This document shows positions 8,564 to 16,745 of a DNA stretch of 64,000 bases, one piece after another. Source of the DNA: an uncultured virus (IMG/VR IMGVR_UViG_3300020185_000031) (taxonomy: Duplodnaviria; Heunggongvirae; Uroviricota; Caudoviricetes); the IMG/VR virus record IMGVR_UViG_3300020185_000031, positions 1-64,000 of that record; one strand, written 5' to 3'. Within the stretch, counting starts at the first letter, position 1; the number at the start of each line of letters is the position of its first letter. The translations under genes and the position numbers were made by a program. Below the pieces are notes generated by a model. The model worked only from the letters and a program-made list of their open reading frames with translations, searched no databases and had not been told where the DNA came from.

Positions 8564-9262
8564 ATGAACAGGGGATCGAAAGAAACACAAAAACAAGGAA
8601 GAGCAAATCAAGATTATCTAAAAAAAGTGCACTTAAGACAGTCACAGCAAAAATATTCGAAAGCAATCGAAGATAATGAAATAACATTTTGTTATGGGCC
8701 TGCTGGAACTTCTAAAACGTTTACTGCATGTTACACTGCATTAAAATTATTAAAAGACAAAAAAATAAAAGAAATTATTCTTTGTAAACCTATACAGGAA
8801 GCTGGTGAAAAATTAGGATTTTTACCAGGAACTGTTAGCGAAAAGGTTGACCCATACATGAAATCATATCAATCTAATATTGAAAAGATTATAGGAGGTC
8901 AACAAACAAAATACTTATTTGATAGTAATACTATTAGATTCGAACCTCTTGCTTACATGAGAGGAGATACATTTGACGATTCCTTAATGATATTAGATGA
9001 GGCACAAAACGCAACATTTAAGCAACTAATGTTATTCGTTACTAGGATGGGAAGAGACAGTAAAGTTATTGTAACTGGAGATGTTAGTCAGCATGATATT
9101 GCTGCAAGTAGAGTTTCTCTACCTGACTTTATTAAATTACTAGAAAAAGTAAAAGGAGTTGGTACCCATATTTTTACAGAAACCGATATAGTTAGGGCTA
9201 AAATATTGCAAGAAATCGTAAAAAAATACGATGCCTGGAGAGACAATCATGAATCTAAGTAA
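8564..9262 (+). CDS. phoH: PhoH-family ATPase
   Basis: GPAGTSKT, GEKLGFLPG, PLAYMRG.TF, ILDEAQN, TGD..Q.D, DIVR. Confidence 0.95.
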   Translation: MNRGSKETQKQGRANQDYLKKVHLRQSQQKYSKAIEDNEITFCYGPAGTSKTFTACYTALKLLKDKKIKEIILCKPIQEAGEKLGFLPGTVSEKVDPYMKSYQSNIEKIIGGQQTKYLFDSNTIRFEPLAYMRGDTFDDSLMILDEAQNATFKQLMLFVTRMGRDSKVIVTGDVSQHDIAASRVSLPDFIKLLEKVKGVGTHIFTETDIVRAKILQEIVKKYDAWRDNHESK

Positions 9263-9267
9263 TAATT

Positions 9268-9294
9268 AAACTTTTCTCATTTACTCTATATAAT
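9268..9294 (+). promoter_or_regulatory. Class B promoter-like motif
   Basis: AAAC(9268)-N16-ATATAAT(9288-9294). Confidence 0.7.
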
Positions 9295-9310
9295 AACAAA
9301 TAAGCAGTAA

Positions 9311-9937
9311 ATGAGAAAAATACTTTTAAAACCAAGCCTAATGAAGGATCCCTCAATAATTGAGGTAGGCGTAGATGAAGCGGGTAGAGGAGCACTTGCA
9401 GGTCCAGTAACTGTTGCTGCGTGTATTATGCCTCCTGGATTTCAGCATGAATTAGTTAAGGACAGTAAGCTATTAAACGAACGACAAAGAGCCGAAGCTA
9501 GAAAATTAGTAATGGAGAACGCAATTGCCTATCACGTCGAGCACATTCCAATAGATGTTATAGAATCAACAAATATCCTAAAGGCTACACTGACGGGCAT
9601 GGAGACATGTTTGAGTGAAGTTCATAAGAAAACTAATTTCCAATTTATTTTAGTAGATGGTGATCAATTTCATGGATTTAATGGAATTCCATTTGCTACT
9701 ATAATTGGAGGAGATAACATGTATGTTTCTATTGCAGCTGCTTCTATTCTTGCAAAAACTGAGAGAGATAGTTTAATGAAAGACTTAAGCAAGGATTATA
9801 TGCAATACGGATGGGGTAGTAATAAAGGATATGGAACTGCACAGCATAGAAATGCAATCGTAGAAGCTGGTCCTACTGAACATCATCGTCCATCTTTTAT
9901 TAGTCATATGTTAACTAAAACATCGGTATTGTTTTGA
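9311..9937 (+). CDS. rnhB: Ribonuclease HII
   Basis: GVDEAGRG.LAGPV, DSK.L, LVDG, SIAAASILAK..RD, NKGYGT..H. Confidence 0.95.
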   Translation: MRKILLKPSLMKDPSIIEVGVDEAGRGALAGPVTVAACIMPPGFQHELVKDSKLLNERQRAEARKLVMENAIAYHVEHIPIDVIESTNILKATLTGMETCLSEVHKKTNFQFILVDGDQFHGFNGIPFATIIGGDNMYVSIAAASILAKTERDSLMKDLSKDYMQYGWGSNKGYGTAQHRNAIVEAGPTEHHRPSFISHMLTKTSVLF

Positions 9938-10278
9938 GAGGATTAATCGCAGGAATGCTTCTTTTTTTGGCTGGACAAACTATGATTTGGTTTCAAACAA
10001 ACGGGCAATTCGTTTACCCATGGATTAAAAAGAATCCATTTCTTGTATCTTTACTTGGAGGTACTATAATCAGTTACATGTTTATTAGAGCTACTGCATA
10101 TATTGCGGAGTATTATGACGGTCAAATTTGGCCAGGTAGATTTATAGGATTTTCATTGGGAATAGCATCATTTACTTTTTTAACATGGTATTTGATGGGA
10201 GAAGGAATTAATACAAAGACTGCAATATCGCTAGGATTATCATTCGTATTGATATCTGTACAAATATTTTGGAAATAA
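9934..10278 (+). CDS. Small multi-pass membrane protein
   Basis: Four hydrophobic segments; TTG start overlapping the rnhB stop. Confidence 0.7.
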   Translation: MRGLIAGMLLFLAGQTMIWFQTNGQFVYPWIKKNPFLVSLLGGTIISYMFIRATAYIAEYYDGQIWPGRFIGFSLGIASFTFLTWYLMGEGINTKTAISLGLSFVLISVQIFWK

Positions 10279-10505
10279 TGAAACTACTTGAACTAGATTA
10301 TGTAACAGTTGCAGTATATAGAAAGAGAAAGAATGGTTCTTATTATATGACGGTAACAGGACAGCACGTTGATGTTGTTAATAATTTAAATGCAAGGAAG
10401 CCGATTATTCCACATTCTTATGAGATAATTGAGTTAGGAGTAGGCAAGTTATTTATTGAACAGTGGATGAAAAAATACAAAATAAAGAAATATACTCTAG
10501 TCTAA
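10269..10505 (+). CDS. Hypothetical protein
   Basis: Basic ORF; the likely start is the ATG at 10278. Confidence 0.6.
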   Translation: MEIMKLLELDYVTVAVYRKRKNGSYYMTVTGQHVDVVNNLNARKPIIPHSYEIIELGVGKLFIEQWMKKYKIKKYTLV

Positions 10506-10507
10506 GA

Positions 10508-10585
10508 AATTGTTAATAACTTTATGAAAATAATTAGGCTGGCATTTTTTTATGTCAGCTTTTTTTGTTATATTTGTATAGTAAT
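10508..10585 (+). promoter_or_regulatory. Class A early promoter with upstream TGTTAATAAC box
   Basis: TGTTAATAAC 10511-10520; tttttttatgtca; TATATTTG 10569-10576 matches the Bacteroidota -7 consensus TAnnTTTG. Confidence 0.75.
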
Positions 10586-10596
10586 AAAAAAAAAAT

Positions 10597-10773
10597 ATGA
10601 ATTATCTACAAGAATACAATTACGTTAAAAAGGTAGTAAACAGTTGCGCCACTGAAGATCAATTTATAGTTGCTAAAAAATGGGCAGAAACATGGGCTAT
10701 TAAGGCTAAAAGACAATATCCTGATCTTATTCCATCAGCGACTGATTTATATCTACAAGTAATATCTAAATAA
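10597..10773 (+). CDS. Small hypothetical early protein (58 aa; not in ORF track)
   Basis: MNYLQEYNYVKKVVNSCATEDQFIVAKKWAETWAIKAKRQYPDLIPSATDLYLQVISK*, directly after a class A promoter. Confidence 0.75.
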   Translation: MNYLQEYNYVKKVVNSCATEDQFIVAKKWAETWAIKAKRQYPDLIPSATDLYLQVISK

Positions 10774-10850
10774 AATTGTTAATAACTTTTTAAAAATAAA
10801 TCACTCTAGATTTTTTTATATCATAAAAAATGATTATATTTAACTATAAT
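10774..10850 (+). promoter_or_regulatory. Class A early promoter with upstream TGTTAATAAC box
   Basis: TGTTAATAAC 10777-10786; tttttttatatcataaaaaatgat TATATTTA(10835-10842) actataat. Confidence 0.75.
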
Positions 10851-10865
10851 TAAAAAACAAACAAC

Positions 10866-11327
10866 ATGAAAAAAACAGCAATTTTCGATCTTGATGGCAC
10901 TCTTGCACTTATCGATGATAGGAGAGCAAAATCAACAAACGTAAATGGTAAGATGGACTGGGACACTTTCTTTGACCCTAATAATATCCAATTAGATTTA
11001 CCAAACCAACCTGTTATTGAGATGGCCAAGATGTTGAAAAAACAAGGTCATTCAATTGTAATCTTTAGTGGTAGATCTAAGGCTACTAAAGACGCTACTA
11101 GGACTTGGTTAAAAAAATTCGATGTGCCATTTGATGTATTAAAGATGCGACCCGTTGGTAATGGATTTCAATTTATGCCAGATGATCAATTAAAGCAAAA
11201 ATGGTTAGATGACTTATTCCCAGACAAAGATTCTATTCTTTGTGTATTTGACGACAGAGATAAGGTTGTGAAGATGTGGAGAGATAATGGATTAACTTGT
11301 ATGCAAGTAGCACCTGGTAATTTTTAG
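10866..11327 (+). CDS. HAD-family phosphatase (PNKP/PseT 3'-phosphatase-like domain)
   Basis: IFDLDGT, FSGR, LKMRP, PDD.LK, VFDDR..VV.MWR..G..C.QV..G.F. Confidence 0.88.
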   Translation: MKKTAIFDLDGTLALIDDRRAKSTNVNGKMDWDTFFDPNNIQLDLPNQPVIEMAKMLKKQGHSIVIFSGRSKATKDATRTWLKKFDVPFDVLKMRPVGNGFQFMPDDQLKQKWLDDLFPDKDSILCVFDDRDKVVKMWRDNGLTCMQVAPGNF

Positions 11328-11338
11328 AAAAATAAAGA

Positions 11339-11413
11339 ATGAAGCAAATTAAAAAAATGTTAAGAGCATACTGGAATCTAATAGTAGAAGGATATGCTCC
11401 GAATAGTAAGTAA
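11339..11413 (+). CDS. Possible 24-aa peptide
   Basis: MKQIKKMLRAYWNLIVEGYAPNSK* fills the intergenic gap and has an A-rich leader. Confidence 0.35.
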   Translation: MKQIKKMLRAYWNLIVEGYAPNSK

Positions 11414-11440
11414 AACATACACTCATTAAAAACAAAAAAC

Positions 11441-11728
11441 ATGATACAATTTAAAGACCTTATTTTCAAAGACCACCACCACATGATTAACGCACATCAT
11501 GTATTCGATAACAATTGGGAAATCTCAGTTTCAGCAGGAGCTGGAGCCTACAGTACTCCAAGAGAAGATATAAAAGATCCAGCAAAATTTTCATCATTTG
11601 AAATCGCAATCTTTAATCCGAAAGGACACTTTGCAACAAGTGAAGTTTTACAAATTGACGACGATGTAGTTGGTTGGCAAGCAAGAGAGGATATAGATGA
11701 CATCATTGAAATGATAATAGCACAATAG
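11441..11728 (+). CDS. Hypothetical phage protein
   Basis: F.N.W.ISV...G.Y...FEIAI...DDV.GW pattern seen in small phage early genes. Confidence 0.7.
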   Translation: MIQFKDLIFKDHHHMINAHHVFDNNWEISVSAGAGAYSTPREDIKDPAKFSSFEIAIFNPKGHFATSEVLQIDDDVVGWQAREDIDDIIEMIIAQ

Positions 11729-11729
11729 T

Positions 11730-11978
11730 ATGAATAAAGACTGGTATGTCTATATTGTAAAATGTGCGGACGATTCTCTATATACTGGCATTACGGTCGA
11801 TAAGGACCGTAGGGTATTAGAACATAACACTTCAAATAAGGGTGCAAAATATACAAGATCAAGGCGTCCAGTTCACCTAGTGTACTGTGAGACATTCGAT
11901 AACCGATCCTCTGCATCTAAGAGAGAATCAGCAATAAAAAAATTAAGTAGATCAGGTAAATTAGCGCTATTAAAATAA
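11730..11978 (+). CDS. GIY-YIG nuclease (YhbQ/UPF0213-like)
   Basis: WYVYIVKC.D.SLYTGIT....RR..EHN...GAKYTR.RRPV.LVY.E. Confidence 0.9.
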   Translation: MNKDWYVYIVKCADDSLYTGITVDKDRRVLEHNTSNKGAKYTRSRRPVHLVYCETFDNRSSASKRESAIKKLSRSGKLALLK

Positions 11979-11986
11979 AACATGTG

Positions 11987-12043
11987 AAATAATTCACTAA
12001 AAGTTTTTTTATGTCGTAAAAAATGATTATATTTAACTATAAT
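11987..12043 (+). promoter_or_regulatory. Class A early promoter
   Basis: aaataattcac...tttttttatgtcgtaaaaaatgat TATATTTA(12028-12035) actataat; near-identical to the 10800 copy. Confidence 0.75.
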
Positions 12044-12057
12044 AAAAAAATAACAAT

Positions 12058-12318
12058 ATGAGCATTACAAGATTTAACCGCCACGAAAGCATGAACGATG
12101 AAACTAGATCAGAAATCATGTCAATTATTAAAGAGTTATCATTTACTAAAGAAACTAGTATACACTTACAAAATATGATGTATGGTCTTTTTGACGGGTA
12201 TTTATATGAAGATGTGCAATTATATGCTTTAGAACTTTCAACCGAACTTTGTTCGAGAGTAATGAAAGTATACGATACCTGTAAAAGATACCCAATCAGT
12301 GAAACTCAAACTATTTAA
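12058..12318 (+). CDS. Hypothetical early protein
   Basis: ORF immediately after a class A promoter. Confidence 0.7.
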   Translation: MSITRFNRHESMNDETRSEIMSIIKELSFTKETSIHLQNMMYGLFDGYLYEDVQLYALELSTELCSRVMKVYDTCKRYPISETQTI

Positions 12319-12328
12319 CGAATAAGAT

Positions 12329-12727
12329 ATGAAACAATTTAAAGTAAGCGAAGTTACGTGTAACGGAATTGGTGGTCAAGGCTATCAAGCGGTTCTTAAA
12401 CATAAGGATGTAATCGTAGAAATTTGTCAAGAAGTTAGAGATCTATTAGGATTAGATGAATTATTTTCATTAGCATCTGAAGATAAAAGTAATGATTATC
12501 ACAGAGGTCATAGATTTGAAGAAGTTGAGAATAATGCATATAGACTTATTAGTGGTATTGCAAGACATTGTTCTACTTACCTTGATAGCGATGAGTTAAT
12601 TGAGATGCATGTACCTACAGTATTAAAAACGTTGACTATTGAAGATAAGATCACATTAGTTGTAGATGCTTGTCGAGATTGTGCTGGAGCAGATCACTGG
12701 TATACATTTGAAAAACAATGGGACTGA
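12329..12727 (+). CDS. Hypothetical protein
   Basis: 132-aa ORF in operon. Confidence 0.7.
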   Translation: MKQFKVSEVTCNGIGGQGYQAVLKHKDVIVEICQEVRDLLGLDELFSLASEDKSNDYHRGHRFEEVENNAYRLISGIARHCSTYLDSDELIEMHVPTVLKTLTIEDKITLVVDACRDCAGADHWYTFEKQWD

Positions 12728-12915
12728 TGGGTATACTAGGATACATTATTGCTGGAGTATCTTTTAATTTATTTTATGATTTAGTCATAAACTATTTAGG
12801 TGAAGATAATTATAAGCTAAGATTTAATATTGCTGAAAGGCTACTTGTTTGCATTTTCTGGCCATTATTTCTAATTAATTTTTTAATCACATTTATAAAA
12901 TCACTAATAAAATAA
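12718..12915 (+). CDS. Small membrane protein
   Basis: Two hydrophobic segments, FWP motif. Confidence 0.65.
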   Translation: MGLMGILGYIIAGVSFNLFYDLVINYLGEDNYKLRFNIAERLLVCIFWPLFLINFLITFIKSLIK

Positions 12916-12916
12916 T

Positions 12917-13834
12917 ATGACAAACTACGGATACTGTTGCATCAACTTAACGCTAGAAAAGGAACGTGGAATTAAGATTGGAAGATCTATGATAAAGCGT
13001 ACATTTAAAGCAAAAGGCATCGAATATGCTGGTGAATTAGCAGAAGCTAACCTTACTGACATGATAGAAATTCTTAAATGGAATACACAACACGGAATTA
13101 ACTTGTACCGAATGTCTTCTAATATGTTTCCATGGATGTCAGAATATGAATTGCATGATTTACCAAACTTTAAAAAGATTAAACAGTTATTAAAAACTGC
13201 AGGTAAATTGGCAATCGATAGTGGACAGCGCATTGGATTTCATCCAGGTCAGTTTTGTGTTTTACCAAGTCCTAGTCCAAATGTTGTAGAAAATACCATA
13301 AATGAATTAGATAAGTCCGCACAAATATTAGATCTTATGGATCTTCCACAAGATCAGACATATTCAATGAACATACATCTAGGAGGTTCATATGGCGACA
13401 AAGAATCTGCTATGAAAAGATTTGTTTTAAACTTTAAAAGATTATCTAAGTCTGCTCAAAACCGACTAGTATTAGAAAACGACGATAAACCAGCACAGTA
13501 TTCTGTTTTAGATCTATATGAAATCTATAAACAAATAGGTACACCAATCACGTTTGATTATCACCACCACAGATGTTATAATGATCCAATGCCTGAAGAA
13601 GATGCACTAAAATTAGCAGCTACGACATGGCCCGATGGAATTAGGCAACTTTGCCATTATTCAAGTGCTAAAAAACTACATGAGGACGAAACTGCTATTA
13701 TTCGAGCACATGCTGATTATTTATATGAGCGAATCGAAACATATGGAATGGATCTAGATATCGAGCTAGAAGTTAAAGCGAAAGAATTAGCTCTTCAGAA
13801 ATACATGAAACAATTTAAAGAAGTTCTTATATAA
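12917..13834 (+). CDS. uvsE: UV damage endonuclease UvsE/UVDE
   Basis: GYCCIN, YRMSS..FP, HPGQF.VL.SP, NIH.GG.YG.K, RLVLENDD, FDYHHH, HYS, AHADY, EVKAKE. Confidence 0.93.
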   Translation: MTNYGYCCINLTLEKERGIKIGRSMIKRTFKAKGIEYAGELAEANLTDMIEILKWNTQHGINLYRMSSNMFPWMSEYELHDLPNFKKIKQLLKTAGKLAIDSGQRIGFHPGQFCVLPSPSPNVVENTINELDKSAQILDLMDLPQDQTYSMNIHLGGSYGDKESAMKRFVLNFKRLSKSAQNRLVLENDDKPAQYSVLDLYEIYKQIGTPITFDYHHHRCYNDPMPEEDALKLAATTWPDGIRQLCHYSSAKKLHEDETAIIRAHADYLYERIETYGMDLDIELEVKAKELALQKYMKQFKEVLI

Positions 13835-13856
13835 AACTAAAATAAAATAAAATACA

Positions 13857-14099
13857 ATGACAACAAATCTTAAGATTGAAGCCCTAAAGGCAAGGTATCA
13901 AGCAAAACGATTAGAAGCGATTGCAACATTAGATGTTTACTTTAATAATTCTACCGGAATTGGAGAGCATCCTCAAATCATCGATGAAATGGATTCTCTA
14001 GTAAGAGCGATAGCAGACGCAGACAGCTATCTAGAAACTCTAGCTGGAACATTTACTATGGATTTAGATGAGTCAAGCACTGAAGTTGTAAATAGCTAA
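13857..14099 (+). CDS. Conserved T4-like-phage hypothetical protein
   Basis: VY..N..GIGEHPQI..E.D motif familiar from aquatic T4-like phages. Confidence 0.65.
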   Translation: MTTNLKIEALKARYQAKRLEAIATLDVYFNNSTGIGEHPQIIDEMDSLVRAIADADSYLETLAGTFTMDLDESSTEVVNS

Positions 14100-14120
14100 A
14101 AATTGCTTTTATTTTTAGGC

Positions 14121-14150
14121 AAAGGGGATCTTTTAAAAGGTCCCCTTTTT
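14121..14150 (+). terminator. Intrinsic terminator
   Basis: aaaggggatctt-ttaa-aaggtccccttt followed by a T-tract. Confidence 0.88.
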
Positions 14151-14167
14151 ATTTTTATATATAAGAT

Positions 14168-14890
14168 ATGAAGCATTTAATAAATTTTGAGTCTTTTGTA
14201 AGTGAGGGTAGAAAGTCATGGGATACTCTATCCGGTTCTTTAGTGAGAAAGGTGTTTAAGCAATGGGTTTCTGATTTCAACAAAGGTAAAAAATCTTCAA
14301 CCTATTTCGACCAAATATACGACGAATCAAGAGGCGTTGAGTTCGATTTAGATGCTAATATTTATTTCGGTAAAGTAGACGGTCAAAAAATTGTAGGATT
14401 CGAAGTATTAGATTCTACCGGCGCTGACGGAAGAGATGAGATATGGGATGATAAAAATAAAGAATGGGATGACAATGATCCTTTTATAACTATTGATTTC
14501 GCAATTAATAAAGAATGGTTACCTGGAGAATGGTCTGAAGTATACATGTACCTATCTGATGTTATGAGACATGAGTTAGAACATATAACACAGGATGGTA
14601 AGAATGTAGGTAATTACAGAATGGGAAAGCCAGATACAGATGATAGTGAATTAAGAGGATTAATTAAGCTGGGTCTATTACCTAAATACCATTACTTATT
14701 ATTACCAAAAGAAGTTGACGCTAATCTACAAGGAATACGATACGAGGCTAAAAAACGTAAAATCTCAATGATCGACTCTGTTAATAAATATCTAGACACT
14801 CAGGATTATTTAACTGATAAAACTAGGGAAGAAGTTCTAGATACTTGGAGACGAAGAGCTAAAAAAATAGGTGGAATTCCTAAATTCTAA
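14168..14890 (+). CDS. Tagged protein (MKHLINFESFVSE) with HExxH zincin-like motif
   Basis: RHELEH followed later by PKEVDAN (candidate third ligand). TATATATA at 14156-14163. Confidence 0.65.
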   Translation: MKHLINFESFVSEGRKSWDTLSGSLVRKVFKQWVSDFNKGKKSSTYFDQIYDESRGVEFDLDANIYFGKVDGQKIVGFEVLDSTGADGRDEIWDDKNKEWDDNDPFITIDFAINKEWLPGEWSEVYMYLSDVMRHELEHITQDGKNVGNYRMGKPDTDDSELRGLIKLGLLPKYHYLLLPKEVDANLQGIRYEAKKRKISMIDSVNKYLDTQDYLTDKTREEVLDTWRRRAKKIGGIPKF

Positions 14891-15520
14891 TTATGAAACA
14901 CATTAAACTATTTGAACAATTTATAAATGAAGGTTTTGATAAGCCTTTACATAAAAAGATATTGAAATTCATTGAATCTACTAAAACATATATGGATGTT
15001 TATGATGAAGACAATACTGAAGAAATCATGTTACAAACAAGAGAAAACGGTGATGTTGGATATGAAGAAGCTGGTAGCGAAGATGTCGCAGAAGCTGAAA
15101 GAGTTCAGAAGCTAATTAACAAGAAATTTCCGGATTTAAGGGTTAGTATCGAAGAAGTTGATGAATGGGTACACTTAAACATTTTAGGACCTAAAGTAAC
15201 ACAATACAGATACAAATTCCAAAAAGCAGATCCAGAAACAGGCTCAGGTTTTTCTGAAACTTTTAATACATTTGATGAGATGCTTAAAAAACGAAAAACA
15301 TTTGTTGATGGTGTTAATTGGAAAGATGTTAAAAAGAAGTTAGATAAAATAACAGACTATCCAGATAACTTATTTACTGGCTGGCACTCTAGTGATAGAA
15401 TTGTAATATCTAAAGCGGGTGATAAAGGTAATGATTGGGGCTATGACTTTTATGTATATAAATTACAAGAAGAAGAATAATTATGAAACACATTAAACTA
15501 TTTGAACAATTTATAAATGA
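14888..15520 (+). repeat. 43-bp exact direct repeat flanking ORF 14893 (14888-14930 = 15478-15520)
   Basis: taattatgaaacacattaaactatttgaacaatttataaatga in both copies; the first 24 coding nt also occur at 5977. Confidence 0.9.
14893..15480 (+). CDS. Tagged hypothetical protein (MKHIKLFEQFINE)
   Basis: N-terminal tag; the remainder is not recognised. Confidence 0.75.
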   Translation: MKHIKLFEQFINEGFDKPLHKKILKFIESTKTYMDVYDEDNTEEIMLQTRENGDVGYEEAGSEDVAEAERVQKLINKKFPDLRVSIEEVDEWVHLNILGPKVTQYRYKFQKADPETGSGFSETFNTFDEMLKKRKTFVDGVNWKDVKKKLDKITDYPDNLFTGWHSSDRIVISKAGDKGNDWGYDFYVYKLQEEE

Positions 15521-15827
15521 GGCTGAAAAGGCTAAAGGCGATAGAGGTCCGCTTAAAGGAAAAGCTGTAGAAACTGGACTCAAGAATAAATCAAAAGAAA
15601 GTGGAGTACCTTTACCTATTCTTAGAATTATAATGAGACGTGGAATGGACGCTTGGAACAGTGGACACCATCCAGGTATGACGCAAGAAGGATGGGGATA
15701 CGCTAGAATAAATGCATTCTTAGAAAAAGGTAAAGGAACTTGGGGAGGCGCTGATGCTGATGTTGCGAAGGAGGTAAGAGACGGTGGTCATGATAAAAAA
15801 CTACCATTTAAATCAAAAGAAGATTAA
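15483..15827 (+). CDS. Tagged protein (MKHIKLFEQFINE) with conserved RRG..AW..GHHPG...WG.ARIN.F viral domain
   Basis: Tag plus a motif I recall from a viral DUF (DUF5824-like); unverified. Confidence 0.7.
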   Translation: MKHIKLFEQFINEAEKAKGDRGPLKGKAVETGLKNKSKESGVPLPILRIIMRRGMDAWNSGHHPGMTQEGWGYARINAFLEKGKGTWGGADADVAKEVRDGGHDKKLPFKSKED

Positions 15828-15828
15828 C

Positions 15829-16176
15829 GTGAAAAGGGTTAAATTATTCGAGGAATTTTTAAATGAAGAAATGGCACTCCAACATTTAGAAGATGAATTT
15901 GGAGTTGTATTAGACTTATATAATACTGAAAGATATTTAGAATTATCTAGAATTGAAATACCCAAAGAAAAAAGAGGAGAAGGCATCGGAACTAAAGTAA
16001 TGAAGTTAATTATAGATTTTGCAAACAAAGAAGGCAAGCCTATATTTTTAACACCATCTAAAGATTTTGGAGCCACTTCGATTAGTAGACTTGCTAGTTT
16101 TTATAAAGATTTAGGATTTGTAAAAAATACTGATAAGAGTCTAACAAGAAATACAATGGTAAAATACCCTGATTAA
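15829..16176 (+). CDS. Tagged GNAT acetyltransferase (GTG start: MKRVKLFEEFLNE)
   Basis: An in-frame GTG at 15829 restores the tag and removes the overlap. LSRIEIPKEKRGEGIGT (motif A); L..FYKDLGF (motif B). Confidence 0.8.
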   Translation: MKRVKLFEEFLNEEMALQHLEDEFGVVLDLYNTERYLELSRIEIPKEKRGEGIGTKVMKLIIDFANKEGKPIFLTPSKDFGATSISRLASFYKDLGFVKNTDKSLTRNTMVKYPD

Positions 16177-16177
16177 T

Positions 16178-16477
16178 ATGAAGCATATAAAATTATTCGA
16201 ACAATTCATTACAGAGAAAAAACCAGCAGGAGCTCCAGACTTTAATAAGTCAGATGCACCTGAAGCTGAAGGTAGATTTAAAGACTTAGGAATTAAAGAT
16301 TTAGCAGCATGGTTAATTAAGACTCGTAAAGGTGATGTTAAGAAGATCAGTGGTTCACTAACTCAACAAATTGTATTTAATCGCAATGACGATCCAAAGT
16401 ATGCTGAGAAGATGGAAAAGGTTCGTAAAGAAGTTTATAAACAATTAGACAGACAGGATCTAATAAATAAAATATAA
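16178..16477 (+). CDS. Tagged hypothetical protein (MKHIKLFEQFITE)
   Basis: Tag; basic body. Confidence 0.75.
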   Translation: MKHIKLFEQFITEKKPAGAPDFNKSDAPEAEGRFKDLGIKDLAAWLIKTRKGDVKKISGSLTQQIVFNRNDDPKYAEKMEKVRKEVYKQLDRQDLINKI

Positions 16478-16483
16478 TAAAAA

Positions 16484-16741
16484 ATGAAGCATATAAAACT
16501 ATTTGAAGAATTTATTAATGAGGAAGTAATTCCAGGAGGAATATCTGGAGATATGTCATTAGCGGATATTGCTAAAAAACATAAAGTAGATCTAGAAGGA
16601 CTAGACGCTGAGTATGAAAGAGGCATTGTAGTTGAGATGGAACATACTAATGATAAAAAAGTAGCGATGGAAATAGCAAGAGATCACCTTTTTGAGGATC
16701 CTAAATATTATACAAAACTCGCAACTATAGAAAACGATTAA
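16484..16741 (+). CDS. Tagged protein (MKHIKLFEEFINE) with E.EH...A..IA.DHL.E.P.YY..L domain
   Basis: Tag plus a motif I recall as DUF5661-like; unverified. Confidence 0.75.
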   Translation: MKHIKLFEEFINEEVIPGGISGDMSLADIAKKHKVDLEGLDAEYERGIVVEMEHTNDKKVAMEIARDHLFEDPKYYTKLATIEND

Positions 16742-16745
16742 GGAT

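Noticed and set aside
6910..9937. Bacterial chromosome interpretation (dnaJ, rpsU, phoH, rnhB)
   Set aside because: These genes are embedded among T4-like baseplate, neck, gp32, primase, uvsY and uvsW genes, with single-strand phage organisation.
11730..11978. GIY-YIG as a homing endonuclease/mobile intron
   Set aside because: At 82 aa it has no DNA-binding extension and interrupts no gene. It fits the stand-alone YhbQ type.
15784..15828. ORF-track start for the GNAT gene
   Set aside because: It overlaps the previous gene. The in-frame GTG at 15829 gives the family tag.
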